64,000 nucleotides of DNA, taken from positions 63,023 to 127,022 of the forward strand of contig JBMNIG010000029.1 in assembly GCA_050950785.1 (NCBI GenBank), read 5' to 3'. The translations under genes and the position numbers were made by a program. Below the pieces are notes generated by a model, which saw only the letters and a list, made by a program, of their open reading frames with translations, did no database searches and was not told where the DNA came from. Of the stretch, positions 27,894 to 37,425 are shown piece after piece. The stretch's first letter is position 1. Each line of letters starts with the position of its first letter. The stretch is from Eubacteriales bacterium (GTDB taxonomy: Bacteria; Bacillota; Clostridia; Oscillospirales; JAAYOS01).

Positions 27894-30551
27894 ATGTCTG
27901 AAACACCGATGATGCGGCAATATAAAAAGATAAAGCGGCGCAATCCCGATTGCATTCTTTTCTTCAGGCTTGGTGACTTTTATGAAATGTTCGGAGATGA
28001 TGCAGTCATTGCTGCAAAGGAGCTGGATTTGGTTCTGACCAGCCGCAGCAAGAACGTGCCTGAGGACGAGAGGATCCCGATGTGCGGTATTCCGTACCAC
28101 GCGGCCGAAAGCTACATATCCAGGATGGTGGCTAAGGGGTATAAGATTGCTATTTGTGAACAGATGGAAGACCCCAAGTTGGCAAAAGGGTTAGTTAAGC
28201 GCGATATCGTAAGGATAATAACACCCGGAACAGCAATTGAAAGCTCCATGTTGGAGGACTCAAAAAACAACTTTATTTGTGCTGTGTACATTTCAGGACA
28301 AATGACATCTGCCGTGTCCAAGGACAGTGATCCCGATAGTGCCGGTGTTTGTTTTTGCGACCTTTCTACAGGAGAGGCATATTGCGCTGAGTTTGCAGGT
28401 GATAAAGCGGTTGACCAATTGATAAACGAGCTTGGAAGATTTGCTCCTGCTGAAGCTCTGCTGAACGTTGTCGCAATGCAGGAATCGAAAGTTGTTGGAT
28501 TTCTGCGTGACAAGCTGGGATGTATGGTGGAAGAGCTTCCCCAGTCAACACCTACAGGCGATGATGTTTGGGAGTTGGTAGAAAAACAGTTTGGCAAGGA
28601 AAACCCTCTAATTCAGAATGGAAGAAGACTATCTTGTGCTGCTAATGCCTGTGCAGCGCTGCTCCAATATCTCTACGAAACTCAAAAAACAGATTTAAGT
28701 CATATTCGCTCTTTGACCTACAATGATCAAGAAATGTTTATGGAGCTGGACTATACTGCGCGTAGAAACCTGGAGCTTTGTGAGACGATACGCACAGGAG
28801 AGAAAAAGGGCAGTTTGCTTTGGGTGCTGGACAAGACGCGTACTCCCATGGGAGGAAGGCTGATAAGGTCATGGCTTGAAAAGCCCCTTACAAATCCTGC
28901 TGCCATCAACAAGCGACTGACTGCTGTTGAAGAGCTACTACAGGATCACATACTCCGTGATAAGATCGTAGATGAGCTTAAGGGCATTTCCGACATGGAA
29001 CGGATAATCGGCCGGGTAGTTTATGGGTCTGCCAATTGTCGTGATCTTCGTGCTTTGTCAGATGCCGCAAAACATATACCTGTTATTAGAGAGCTGTTGC
29101 AGGATACAAAATCAGCCGCCCTGTCCGAAGTTAGCAGACAGGCCGATCCGCTTATGGATATTACGGAGTTGCTTGACAGTGCTATTGTGGATGACCCGCC
29201 TTTCTCTGTCCGGGAAGGTGGATTCATAAAAAGCGGATATAACGCGGATATTGATAAGCTTAGGGAAGTTCTTTCCGGTGGGCGGGGCAGTATTGCCTCA
29301 TTCGAGGCTGATGAACGTGAGCGGACGGGCATAAAGTCACTCAAGGTTGGATATAACCGGGTGTTTGGGTATTATATAGAGGTTAGAAAATCAGGCTATG
29401 ATCAGATACCCGAACACTACATACGTAAGCAAACGCTTGTTGACCGTGAAAGGTACATAACTGAAGAGCTAAAAGAACTAGAGACTACTATCCTGACTGC
29501 AAGTGAACGTGTTACGGCTCTTGAATATGAGCTATTCACAGAGTTGCGCACATTGGTTGCAAATCAGCTACAAAGGATCCAACAAACAGCACACGCCATA
29601 GCACAGTTGGACGTGTTTTGTTCGTTCGCTGAGTCTGCTTACAGAGGGCATTATTGCAGACCGGATGTTGACGACTCAGATCGCATTGAAATTACTGACG
29701 GCAGACATCCCGTGGTTGAAAGGATGCTTGCCGACGGTCTGTTTGTGCCAAATGACGTAAACATGGATTGCAGTGATAATATGGTCTCCATCATTACCGG
29801 ACCCAACATGGCCGGAAAGTCCACGTATATGCGCCAGGTAGCGCTTATTGTATTGATGGCTCAGGCTGGCAGCTTCGTGCCTGCTAAATCAGCGCGGATC
29901 GGAGCCGTGGATCGCATTTTTACCCGCATCGGGGCATCCGACGATCTGGCTTCGGGACAGTCGACATTTATGGTTGAAATGAGTGAGGTCGCCGACATAT
30001 TGCGAAACGCAACTTCAAAAAGCCTTCTTATTTTAGATGAGATCGGTCGAGGGACATCTACATTCGACGGAATGGCGATCGCAAGAGCCGTTCTGGAATG
30101 GGTAAGCAATACAAAGCGTCTTGGCGCAAAGACTTTGTTTGCAACCCACTATCATGAGCTTACCGATCTTGAAAACCAAATCAGGGGTGTCAAAAACTAC
30201 AATATCGCGGTCAAGAAAAGGGGCAGTGAGATCATCTTCTTACGAAAGATCGTGCCCGGCGGAACGGATCAAAGCTACGGAATCGAGGTAGCAAGGCTTG
30301 CCGGTTTACCCGATGGGCTTATAAAAAGGGCAAATGAAATACTTCAGTCCCTTGAAAAAGGTGAGTTGAAGGCTCCGATGAAAGATCGGATGCGTGAAGC
30401 TGACAAAGCTGAAAGCGACAGCGCTCAGATCTCGCTTCTTGACATGAGTGCAAATGAAGTGGTTGAAACCCTTAAGAAAGTAGAGCCGGACACCTTAACG
30501 CCTATAGAAGCGCTAAATCTCGTATACAAACTTAAGAAAAAAATACAATGA
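27894..30551 (+). CDS. mutS: DNA mismatch repair protein MutS
   Basis: MSETPMMRQYKKIKRRNPDCILFFRLGDFYEMF and Walker A GPNMAGKST. The ORF track's upstream extension to 27810 is unlikely to be real. Confidence 0.95.
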   Translation: MSETPMMRQYKKIKRRNPDCILFFRLGDFYEMFGDDAVIAAKELDLVLTSRSKNVPEDERIPMCGIPYHAAESYISRMVAKGYKIAICEQMEDPKLAKGLVKRDIVRIITPGTAIESSMLEDSKNNFICAVYISGQMTSAVSKDSDPDSAGVCFCDLSTGEAYCAEFAGDKAVDQLINELGRFAPAEALLNVVAMQESKVVGFLRDKLGCMVEELPQSTPTGDDVWELVEKQFGKENPLIQNGRRLSCAANACAALLQYLYETQKTDLSHIRSLTYNDQEMFMELDYTARRNLELCETIRTGEKKGSLLWVLDKTRTPMGGRLIRSWLEKPLTNPAAINKRLTAVEELLQDHILRDKIVDELKGISDMERIIGRVVYGSANCRDLRALSDAAKHIPVIRELLQDTKSAALSEVSRQADPLMDITELLDSAIVDDPPFSVREGGFIKSGYNADIDKLREVLSGGRGSIASFEADERERTGIKSLKVGYNRVFGYYIEVRKSGYDQIPEHYIRKQTLVDRERYITEELKELETTILTASERVTALEYELFTELRTLVANQLQRIQQTAHAIAQLDVFCSFAESAYRGHYCRPDVDDSDRIEITDGRHPVVERMLADGLFVPNDVNMDCSDNMVSIITGPNMAGKSTYMRQVALIVLMAQAGSFVPAKSARIGAVDRIFTRIGASDDLASGQSTFMVEMSEVADILRNATSKSLLILDEIGRGTSTFDGMAIARAVLEWVSNTKRLGAKTLFATHYHELTDLENQIRGVKNYNIAVKKRGSEIIFLRKIVPGGTDQSYGIEVARLAGLPDGLIKRANEILQSLEKGELKAPMKDRMREADKAESDSAQISLLDMSANEVVETLKKVEPDTLTPIEALNLVYKLKKKIQ

Positions 30552-30612
30552 TCTGCTGCCGGACAAGGGTGCGGTATCAGCCGGGGAGTATTAGCCGGGG
30601 GATGAGGATATA

Positions 30613-32511
30613 ATGGGTAAGATATTAAAACTGGACAGGCATGTTGCGGATCTGATTGCCGCGGGGGAAGTGGTCGAGAGGCCGGCATCGGTCGTAAAGG
30701 AACTAGTAGAAAATGCCGTTGACGCCGGGGCCGACGCAATTACAGTAGAGATCAGACGCGGCGGCTTGGAGATGATAAGAGTTAGCGACAATGGCTCCGG
30801 AATCGAACCGGAGGACATCCGCACCGCATTTTTACGCCATGCAACCTCCAAAATCCGAAAAGCAGAAGACCTTGATTCGATATATACAATGGGGTTTAGA
30901 GGGGAAGCGCTGGCATCGATCGCGGCTGTATCCAAAGTCTCCGTGTTTTCAAGGGTCGAAGACTCTACCGCAGGCTTTTGCTATGAGATTGAAGGCGGGG
31001 ACGAGAAGAGTTTTTCGGAGGCCGGTTGTCCTACAGGGACCACTATCATTGTAAGTGAACTTTTCTATAATACGCCTGCCCGCATGAAATTTGTAAAAAA
31101 GGACTCAACTGAAGCCGGGCATATACAAACTGTAGTTAGAAAAGCTGCTTTGGCAAGACCGGATATCTCCTTTAAGTTGATCCGGGATGGTGAGGAGATA
31201 ATTCATACACCGGGAGACAACTCACTGCTTTCGGCAATGTACTGTACATATGGGAAGACTTTTGTTGCCGGCTTGGAAAAGGTCTCAGCCGTACACGAAG
31301 GGGTGCGCGTAACAGGTTATGTATCAAAGCCAACATATAGCCAGGGAAATAGAGCAAAGCAGGAGTTCTTTGTAAATGCCCGACCAATTAGGGCAAGGAT
31401 TTTGACGGTTGCTTTAGAAGAAGCATATAAAAACAGGTTAATGGTAGGACGATATCCTGCGTGTGTACTTCAAATCGAAATCAATCCGGTCCTTCTGGAT
31501 GTGAATGTACATCCAACCAAGAGTGAAGTAAAATTCGCATACGAGAAACCCGTATTTGACGCGGTGTATCTTGCGGTCAAAGCTGCGGTGGATGATGAGG
31601 ACTCCAGGGCTGTTATACATTCAAAGCTTTCAAGTGCACCGAAGTTTGAAATGACCGATCAAAACTATGTCCAAACCACCATGAGCGTGCAAAAAAATCC
31701 TGAATTCTACAATACTATGACTACCGAAAAATTCAGGGAGATATATTCATCGAATATAAGAACCGGATTTGAATCGACCGATGCGTCGATTGGAAATGTG
31801 ACCGATCATACGGATAAGGATAATATCGAGAGCACTATACCTGCTGATACGGTGGAGCTAAACGAACAGAAAATCGCAAGCATTGAAGAGAGTCCGGATG
31901 TATCTGATTATCATATCGATTATGGCAAGTCCGATAACGATCTTCCAAAGTGGAGGATATTGGGGGAAGCCTTTGAAACTTATATCATTGTAGAAGATAG
32001 GGACGACATCCTCTTTATAGACAAGCATGCCGCCCATGAGCGTATGCTGTTCAACAAATTGCTTGAAAACCAGGATAAACCTATTTCGCAGTATCTGCTT
32101 GAACCTGCGGTACTGCAGTTTGAACGCGATGATTTGGAGGATATAATATCAAACATAGATTTGCTGAGCAGTATGGGATTTGAAATAGATGGATTTGGAG
32201 GAAACAGCATCATCGTGCGAGCTCTGCCGGAGGAGATCGATAGTGATGATGCAGAGGCATCTCTTCAGGAGATAGCCGAGAGCCTGCGGGCAAACCGCCG
32301 CATGACCATAACTAGTCGGCGTGAGGAAGTTTATCGTTTGGTTGCCTGCAAGGCGGCTCTTAAGGCGGGGAATAAATCTTCCTATATGGAGAACCATCAA
32401 CTGGTCACAAGGGTGTTGGAGTTTGAAGATGTTCGATATTGCCCGCATGGGAGACCGGTTGTGGCTGTTCTCAAAAGAAGCGAGCTTGAGAAAAGATTCG
32501 GGAGGTCCTGA
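30613..32511 (+). CDS. mutL: DNA mismatch repair protein MutL
   Basis: IAAGEVVERPASVVKELVENAVDAGA and GFRGEALASI (GHKL ATPase motifs), with a C-terminal dimerisation domain. Confidence 0.95.
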   Translation: MGKILKLDRHVADLIAAGEVVERPASVVKELVENAVDAGADAITVEIRRGGLEMIRVSDNGSGIEPEDIRTAFLRHATSKIRKAEDLDSIYTMGFRGEALASIAAVSKVSVFSRVEDSTAGFCYEIEGGDEKSFSEAGCPTGTTIIVSELFYNTPARMKFVKKDSTEAGHIQTVVRKAALARPDISFKLIRDGEEIIHTPGDNSLLSAMYCTYGKTFVAGLEKVSAVHEGVRVTGYVSKPTYSQGNRAKQEFFVNARPIRARILTVALEEAYKNRLMVGRYPACVLQIEINPVLLDVNVHPTKSEVKFAYEKPVFDAVYLAVKAAVDDEDSRAVIHSKLSSAPKFEMTDQNYVQTTMSVQKNPEFYNTMTTEKFREIYSSNIRTGFESTDASIGNVTDHTDKDNIESTIPADTVELNEQKIASIEESPDVSDYHIDYGKSDNDLPKWRILGEAFETYIIVEDRDDILFIDKHAAHERMLFNKLLENQDKPISQYLLEPAVLQFERDDLEDIISNIDLLSSMGFEIDGFGGNSIIVRALPEEIDSDDAEASLQEIAESLRANRRMTITSRREEVYRLVACKAALKAGNKSSYMENHQLVTRVLEFEDVRYCPHGRPVVAVLKRSELEKRFGRS

Positions 32512-32512
32512 T

Positions 32513-33457
32513 TTGAACAAAGTGATCTGTGTTGCCGGCCCTACGGCGTCCGGTAAGACATCCCTTGCAATAGATCTTGCATTAGCCCTCAACGGTGAAA
32601 TCGTGTCATGTGATTCCATGCAAATTTACCGGGGTATGGACATAGGAACTGCTAAACCCGACATGGATGAAAGAAAGGGTATTCCCCACCATATGATGGA
32701 CATTGCCGACCCTACAGAAGATTATTCAGTTGCACGATATGTGGAGGAAGCTTCCCGTTGCATCGACGACATCTTTCGTAGGGGAAAGGTCCCGGTCGTT
32801 GTAGGCGGAACCGGACTATATATGGATGCATTAATAAAAGGTTTATACTTTTCAAATGGAACAAGAAATGGTATACTGAGGAAAAGAATAGAAGATTTAC
32901 ATGACAGGTTTGGCGGTCCTCGGCTTTATCGTCACCTTAAGTCAATAGATCCGGGTGCTGCGGACAAGATCCATCCAAACGACCGCAAAAGACTCTGCAG
33001 AGCCCTTGAGGTATATTACGGCTCCGAGAGGTCGATTTCTGCTCACAACGAGGAGACGAGGAAGCTGCCCCCGAGATATAACGCCGTGTATATAGGGCTT
33101 GACTACAAAGACAGACAGATACTGTATTCCAGGATAAACGATAGGGTAGATCAAATGTTTCAGATGGGTCTGGTGGAAGAAGTGAAGCGCCTGTTGAACA
33201 AAGGTGAACTATCTGCGACAGCTTCTCAGGCTATCGGGTATAAAGAAATCATAGCGGCCATAAATGAAAATCTTCCTCTTGAGTCAGCCACGGAAGAGAT
33301 AAAACGAGCTACCCGCCGCTATGCCAAGCGGCAGCTTACATGGTTTCGCAGGAATCCTCGGATCATCTGGTTTTACAAAGATTTGCAGAAATATGAGGAC
33401 ATATTACAGGCTTCGACAGAATATTTTTTAAGGTCGAGATACAATAATCAAGTATAG
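32513..33457 (+). CDS. miaA: tRNA dimethylallyltransferase MiaA
   Basis: P-loop VAGPTASGKTSLA. The probable starts are TTG 32513 or GTG 32522, just after the mutL stop. The ORF-track start 32321 lies inside mutL. Confidence 0.9.
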   Translation: MNKVICVAGPTASGKTSLAIDLALALNGEIVSCDSMQIYRGMDIGTAKPDMDERKGIPHHMMDIADPTEDYSVARYVEEASRCIDDIFRRGKVPVVVGGTGLYMDALIKGLYFSNGTRNGILRKRIEDLHDRFGGPRLYRHLKSIDPGAADKIHPNDRKRLCRALEVYYGSERSISAHNEETRKLPPRYNAVYIGLDYKDRQILYSRINDRVDQMFQMGLVEEVKRLLNKGELSATASQAIGYKEIIAAINENLPLESATEEIKRATRRYAKRQLTWFRRNPRIIWFYKDLQKYEDILQASTEYFLRSRYNNQV

Positions 33458-33504
33458 GTGGAAAAGCTCTGCGTCTAGAAAAATAAAATTAAGGAGTTGC
33501 CATT

Positions 33505-33750
33505 ATGCAAAAAAACTATAATCTTCAGGACTTTTTCCTCAATCAAGCAAGAAAAGAAAGGATTCCCCTCACAGTTTTCCTGATGAATGGCGTACAGATG
33601 AAGGGACAGGTACGTGGTTTTGATAACTTTATTGTAATCATCGAAAGTGAAGGCAGACAACAAATGGTCTACAAGCATGCCATCTCAACCATCATTCCTA
33701 TCCGCTCTATTGATATGTCAGGTCTAACCAAGCAGGACGACGAAGAATAA
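33505..33750 (+). CDS. hfq: RNA chaperone Hfq
   Basis: [59 protein letters not shown] is the Sm1/Sm2 core. RBS aaggag is present. Confidence 0.9.
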   Translation: MQKNYNLQDFFLNQARKERIPLTVFLMNGVQMKGQVRGFDNFIVIIESEGRQQMVYKHAISTIIPIRSIDMSGLTKQDDEE

Positions 33751-33782
33751 GAGTATACCAAAGTGAAGCGCAGGAAATTTGA

Positions 33783-35006
33783 ATGAGACGAAACAGCCTT
33801 GTATCGGGACTGATCCTTTTACTTATTCTGATGGTAGTCGGCTACATGGCCTACTACATATTCGTAGCCGTCTCAAGTCCCCTTAAGACTGCTGAAGCTG
33901 TATTGTATACCGCAGAAGAAATCGTATCTATAAAGGGATACTTTTTCCGCGATGAGATTCCGGTTCCGATGGGCAACAACCCGGTGCAAAAACTGCTTGT
34001 TTCAGAGGGAGAAAAGGTTCACAAGGGACAGGTGCTATCAGTTAGCTATGACAGCGAAGAGGATATGAAAATAGACCGTCAGCTTGAACAGACGGAGCAA
34101 ATGATATCCCTGTTGATAGAGGCAGTTGATAGTGGGAACACCATTGACATATCCCAAGTTGACAAAAACATTTCTAATCACCTGATAAACCTTATCTATG
34201 GTATTGAGCAGCCGAAGTCCACCGATATCAATCACGAGGCAAATAAGCTTAAGTCAAACGTACTTAAGAGGGGCCTTGCCTTTTCCAACTCAGGAAGTGA
34301 ACAGGCATCTGCCGAATTGTCCCGGTTGGCTTCGGAAAAAAGACGTCTATCAGCTATGGCTCATAGGGGTACGGCATCTGTCAAATCACCGCAGTCAGGT
34401 TATTTTTCTGCTTCAGGCGATGGATTTGAGGGCGTTCTAACTATTGACAAAAGCAAGTCACTTACCCTTACAGAATTTTACGATTTGGAAGCTCTGAAAA
34501 GAACTGACAGTACCGGGTCATATTTTGGAAGACTGGCAACCGGGTTTGAGTGGCGATTTGCTGCGAGCATCCCTGAAAATTACGCCAAAATGCTTGCCGA
34601 GGGGACTAGGGTCACTCTAAGGTTCACAGGGGACTATATAGGTGAAGTTAAAGTAACTGTTCTACGCATTAGCCAGGCGGAAAACGGGACATGTCTTGTG
34701 GTGTTTTCGGGATCAACTCATGTAAGTGAGCTGCTGGGACTTCGTTACCAGAGCGCAGATATCGTCCTTTCAAAATATGAAGGTATACGTATACCAAAGC
34801 AAGCTCTGCGTATCAACGAGGAAGGTAAGACAGGGGTGTACTGTCTTGTCGCTTTTCAGGCGAAATTTGTCGAAACCGAGCAGATCTATGAACTCGATCA
34901 TCATTATATAGTAAAATACGATCCCAACAGCACCGGAGGACTGCGACCCGGGGAAGAGATCATTGTGAGCTCCAAGAACCTCTATGACGGTAAAATCGTG
35001 CAATAG
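33783..35006 (+). CDS. HlyD/membrane-fusion-protein-like membrane-anchored protein (orphan; no adjacent pump)
   Basis: N-terminal TM (LVSGLILLLILMVVGYMAYYIFVAV), a lipoyl-like hairpin (LLVSEGEKVHKGQVL), a coiled-coil stretch, then a beta-rich C-terminus. Confidence 0.6.
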   Translation: MRRNSLVSGLILLLILMVVGYMAYYIFVAVSSPLKTAEAVLYTAEEIVSIKGYFFRDEIPVPMGNNPVQKLLVSEGEKVHKGQVLSVSYDSEEDMKIDRQLEQTEQMISLLIEAVDSGNTIDISQVDKNISNHLINLIYGIEQPKSTDINHEANKLKSNVLKRGLAFSNSGSEQASAELSRLASEKRRLSAMAHRGTASVKSPQSGYFSASGDGFEGVLTIDKSKSLTLTEFYDLEALKRTDSTGSYFGRLATGFEWRFAASIPENYAKMLAEGTRVTLRFTGDYIGEVKVTVLRISQAENGTCLVVFSGSTHVSELLGLRYQSADIVLSKYEGIRIPKQALRINEEGKTGVYCLVAFQAKFVETEQIYELDHHYIVKYDPNSTGGLRPGEEIIVSSKNLYDGKIVQ

Positions 35007-35048
35007 CGGAGTGTCAATGTAATACAGTGGAGAGGAAAACCGGACACA

Positions 35049-35786
35049 ATGAACAACTCGATCAACAGCAATAACAATGACAATCGTGCAAGAGAGATTC
35101 TAAGAAATGTCGCGCTCATAAGAGAGCGAATGATGACTGCAGCAATTTCTGCTGGAAGGAATCCTGACGAGATTTCCCTTGTAGCTGTTTCCAAGTCTTT
35201 TGACGCAGAAACTGTCAAGCTTTCTCACGACTGTGCTTTATCTGCGTATGGTGAAAACCGCGTTCAGGAGATGCTTGCAAAACAGGCAGAGGGTGCCTAC
35301 GGAAATACTCCTGTGCATATGATTGGAACCCTGCAGAAAAACAAAGTAAACAAGGTCGTTGGAAAGGTTTCCCTTATCCAATCGGTCGATTCGATCGAGC
35401 TTGCTTGTTGCATATCCAGGCGCGCTGTGGCACTAGGTGTTACTCAGGAAATTCTCGTGCAAGTCAATATTGGCAGAGAATCGACAAAAGGGGGAGTATA
35501 TCCCGAATGTGCTGATGAGCTGACGGCTATGATATCAGAGCTAGACGGGATAAAATTGCGGGGATTGATGGCAATACCACCAAAAACTGAAGTTTCGTCC
35601 GAAAATATGAAATATTTCTTGGAAATGTATAAACTCTTAGTTGACATAAGAGGGAAAAAATACGATAATATATCTATGGACATCCTATCCATGGGCATGA
35701 GTGGAGATTTTGAAGCAGCTATTGCCGGAGGATCGAATATGATCCGGATTGGATCGGCAATATTTGGACAAAGAGATTCCCGGTAA
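35049..35786 (+). CDS. yggS: YggS/YlmE-family pyridoxal-phosphate homeostasis protein
   Basis: LVAVSKSF (PLP lysine context), HMIGTLQKNK, and SMGMSGDFEAAIAGGSNMIRIGSAIFG. Confidence 0.85.
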   Translation: MNNSINSNNNDNRAREILRNVALIRERMMTAAISAGRNPDEISLVAVSKSFDAETVKLSHDCALSAYGENRVQEMLAKQAEGAYGNTPVHMIGTLQKNKVNKVVGKVSLIQSVDSIELACCISRRAVALGVTQEILVQVNIGRESTKGGVYPECADELTAMISELDGIKLRGLMAIPPKTEVSSENMKYFLEMYKLLVDIRGKKYDNISMDILSMGMSGDFEAAIAGGSNMIRIGSAIFGQRDSR

Positions 35787-35840
35787 TATGCCATGTAAGG
35801 ATATAACTTAGAATATATACCGCACAGGAGGAGAATATAA

Positions 35841-36281
35841 ATGAGCCTTTTTGATGAACTAAAGCGTCTGGCGAGACCTTATGCAGAAGATAATGAGGAC
35901 GAGTTTGAAGGCTTTGAACCTCGCTCTGCTATCAGGGAACGCAGTACCGGCCTGGAAGTAAATCTCGATACTAAGCGCGACAAGGTAGTAAACATACACG
36001 CAACAACTCAGCTTTCGGTAGTATTGGTCAAACCTGAGAGATTTGAAAATGCTGCAGAGATAGCTGATCATCTGCGTGAAAAGAGAACTGTCGTCTTAAA
36101 CCTTGAGTCAACTAATAAGGACATTGCGCGCAGGCTCCTTGACTTCCTGAGCGGTGTAGCATATGCAAATGAGGGGAAAATCAAAAAAGTAGCAAATTCA
36201 ACTTACATAATCACACCTTTCAATGTTGAAATCCTCGGTGACATTATTGATGAGTTGGAAAACAACGGGCTGTACTTTTAA
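35841..36281 (+). CDS. sepF: cell division protein SepF
   Basis: 146 aa. ...VVLVKPERFENAAEIADHLREKRTVVLNLE...RLLDFLSGVAYANEGKIKKVANSTYIITP is the SepF core. Confidence 0.85.
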   Translation: MSLFDELKRLARPYAEDNEDEFEGFEPRSAIRERSTGLEVNLDTKRDKVVNIHATTQLSVVLVKPERFENAAEIADHLREKRTVVLNLESTNKDIARRLLDFLSGVAYANEGKIKKVANSTYIITPFNVEILGDIIDELENNGLYF

Positions 36282-36307
36282 CGCAAAATCCGCTGGCGGA
36301 TAATGGC

Positions 36308-36336
36308 AAAGGCCGGGCGTTAAGTCCGGCCTTTTT
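36308..36336 (+). terminator. rho-independent terminator after sepF
   Basis: Stem AAAGGCCGG / CCGGCCTTT with a 9-nt loop and a T5 tail. Confidence 0.7.
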
Positions 36337-36359
36337 CGAAATGTAAGGGAGGTATTGAG

Positions 36360-37331
36360 ATGTTGACACCCCAGGAGGTTCAAGATAAGAAATTCCCTAA
36401 GTCTCTTTTTAGCGGATACGATATGGGAGAAGTGGACGACTTCTTGGACGCTGTCTCGGTTGATTACGCTGCTCTCTACAAGGAAAACGTCGTATTGAAA
36501 AATAAGCTGAAGGTGCTGGCTGAAAAGATCGAGGAGTATCGCAGTGTGGATGCCGCAATGCGAAAAGCATTACTTGCCGCACAGAAGATGGCAGCGGAAA
36601 TAACCGAAGAAGCGAAGACAAAAAGTGAACAACTGCGTATGAAAGCCCAGTCCGACTACGAAAACAGCATATCAGCACTGAAAGATAGCATAAGAAACGA
36701 GGAGCGAAGGCTTGAAAAACTCCGGGAAGAGACAAGCCGGTTTGCAGAAGCCTCCATAATTATATATCAGCGGCAGATCGACACATTAAAAAGAATGGTG
36801 ACCGAACCTGCCGTCAAGAAACCAAGCCCTGTCGATCAGACTGTGGAAATCATTGAACAGAGCGTAAAGCAGGCAATACATGAGGAGATCCCAGGGGTTC
36901 CTACCAGGTCAGCAGAACCATCGAATACATATAATGTGGAAAAGCAACAGGATCTAGAAGCTGCAGCTCCGGTCAACGAGCCATCAACAGCTGCTGAATA
37001 TCAAGATCAAACAGATATAGATAGCATCCCTATTGAAAAAGTTAAGTCAAATGATACAATAATCGAGCGCGATAACGCATTTGTTACCGCTCATTCTGAA
37101 ACTATTGTAAGTGACAGTTCAGATTCTGGTTACAATAACTATGACCTATCTACACTTTTTCCATCCGACACCACGAGCGAAGACACAGAACAAGATACTT
37201 TTAACATCAGTGCTAAGAACAACCGTGGTAGAGACCAGCGCAAGCCAAGGGATGTCAATGTCGGTGGAATGAGCGTGCGTGTGTTTGAAATGGATCTCAG
37301 TTCAGACAAAAAAGATGACAATACGATATAA
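36360..37331 (+). CDS. divIVA: DivIVA-domain protein with long low-complexity C-terminal tail
   Basis: MLTPQEVQDKKFPKSLFSGYDMGEVDDFLDAVSVDYAALYKEN is the canonical DivIVA N-terminal domain, followed by coiled coil. RBS aagggagg is present. Confidence 0.85.
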   Translation: MLTPQEVQDKKFPKSLFSGYDMGEVDDFLDAVSVDYAALYKENVVLKNKLKVLAEKIEEYRSVDAAMRKALLAAQKMAAEITEEAKTKSEQLRMKAQSDYENSISALKDSIRNEERRLEKLREETSRFAEASIIIYQRQIDTLKRMVTEPAVKKPSPVDQTVEIIEQSVKQAIHEEIPGVPTRSAEPSNTYNVEKQQDLEAAAPVNEPSTAAEYQDQTDIDSIPIEKVKSNDTIIERDNAFVTAHSETIVSDSSDSGYNNYDLSTLFPSDTTSEDTEQDTFNISAKNNRGRDQRKPRDVNVGGMSVRVFEMDLSSDKKDDNTI

Positions 37332-37425
37332 CAGTTATATAATACGAAAATCAGATCATATAGGCCAATAACAGCCATGCGGAAATCAGTCCGCGATTTG
37401 ATCCATCAGCAAAGGAGTAGTTCCA

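Noticed and set aside
37332-37425. Expected T-box leader upstream of ileS.
   Set aside because: Only 94 nt separate divIVA from ileS. I could find no specifier-loop/T-box (AANNNGGGTGGNACCGCG-like) sequence or terminator/antiterminator pair.
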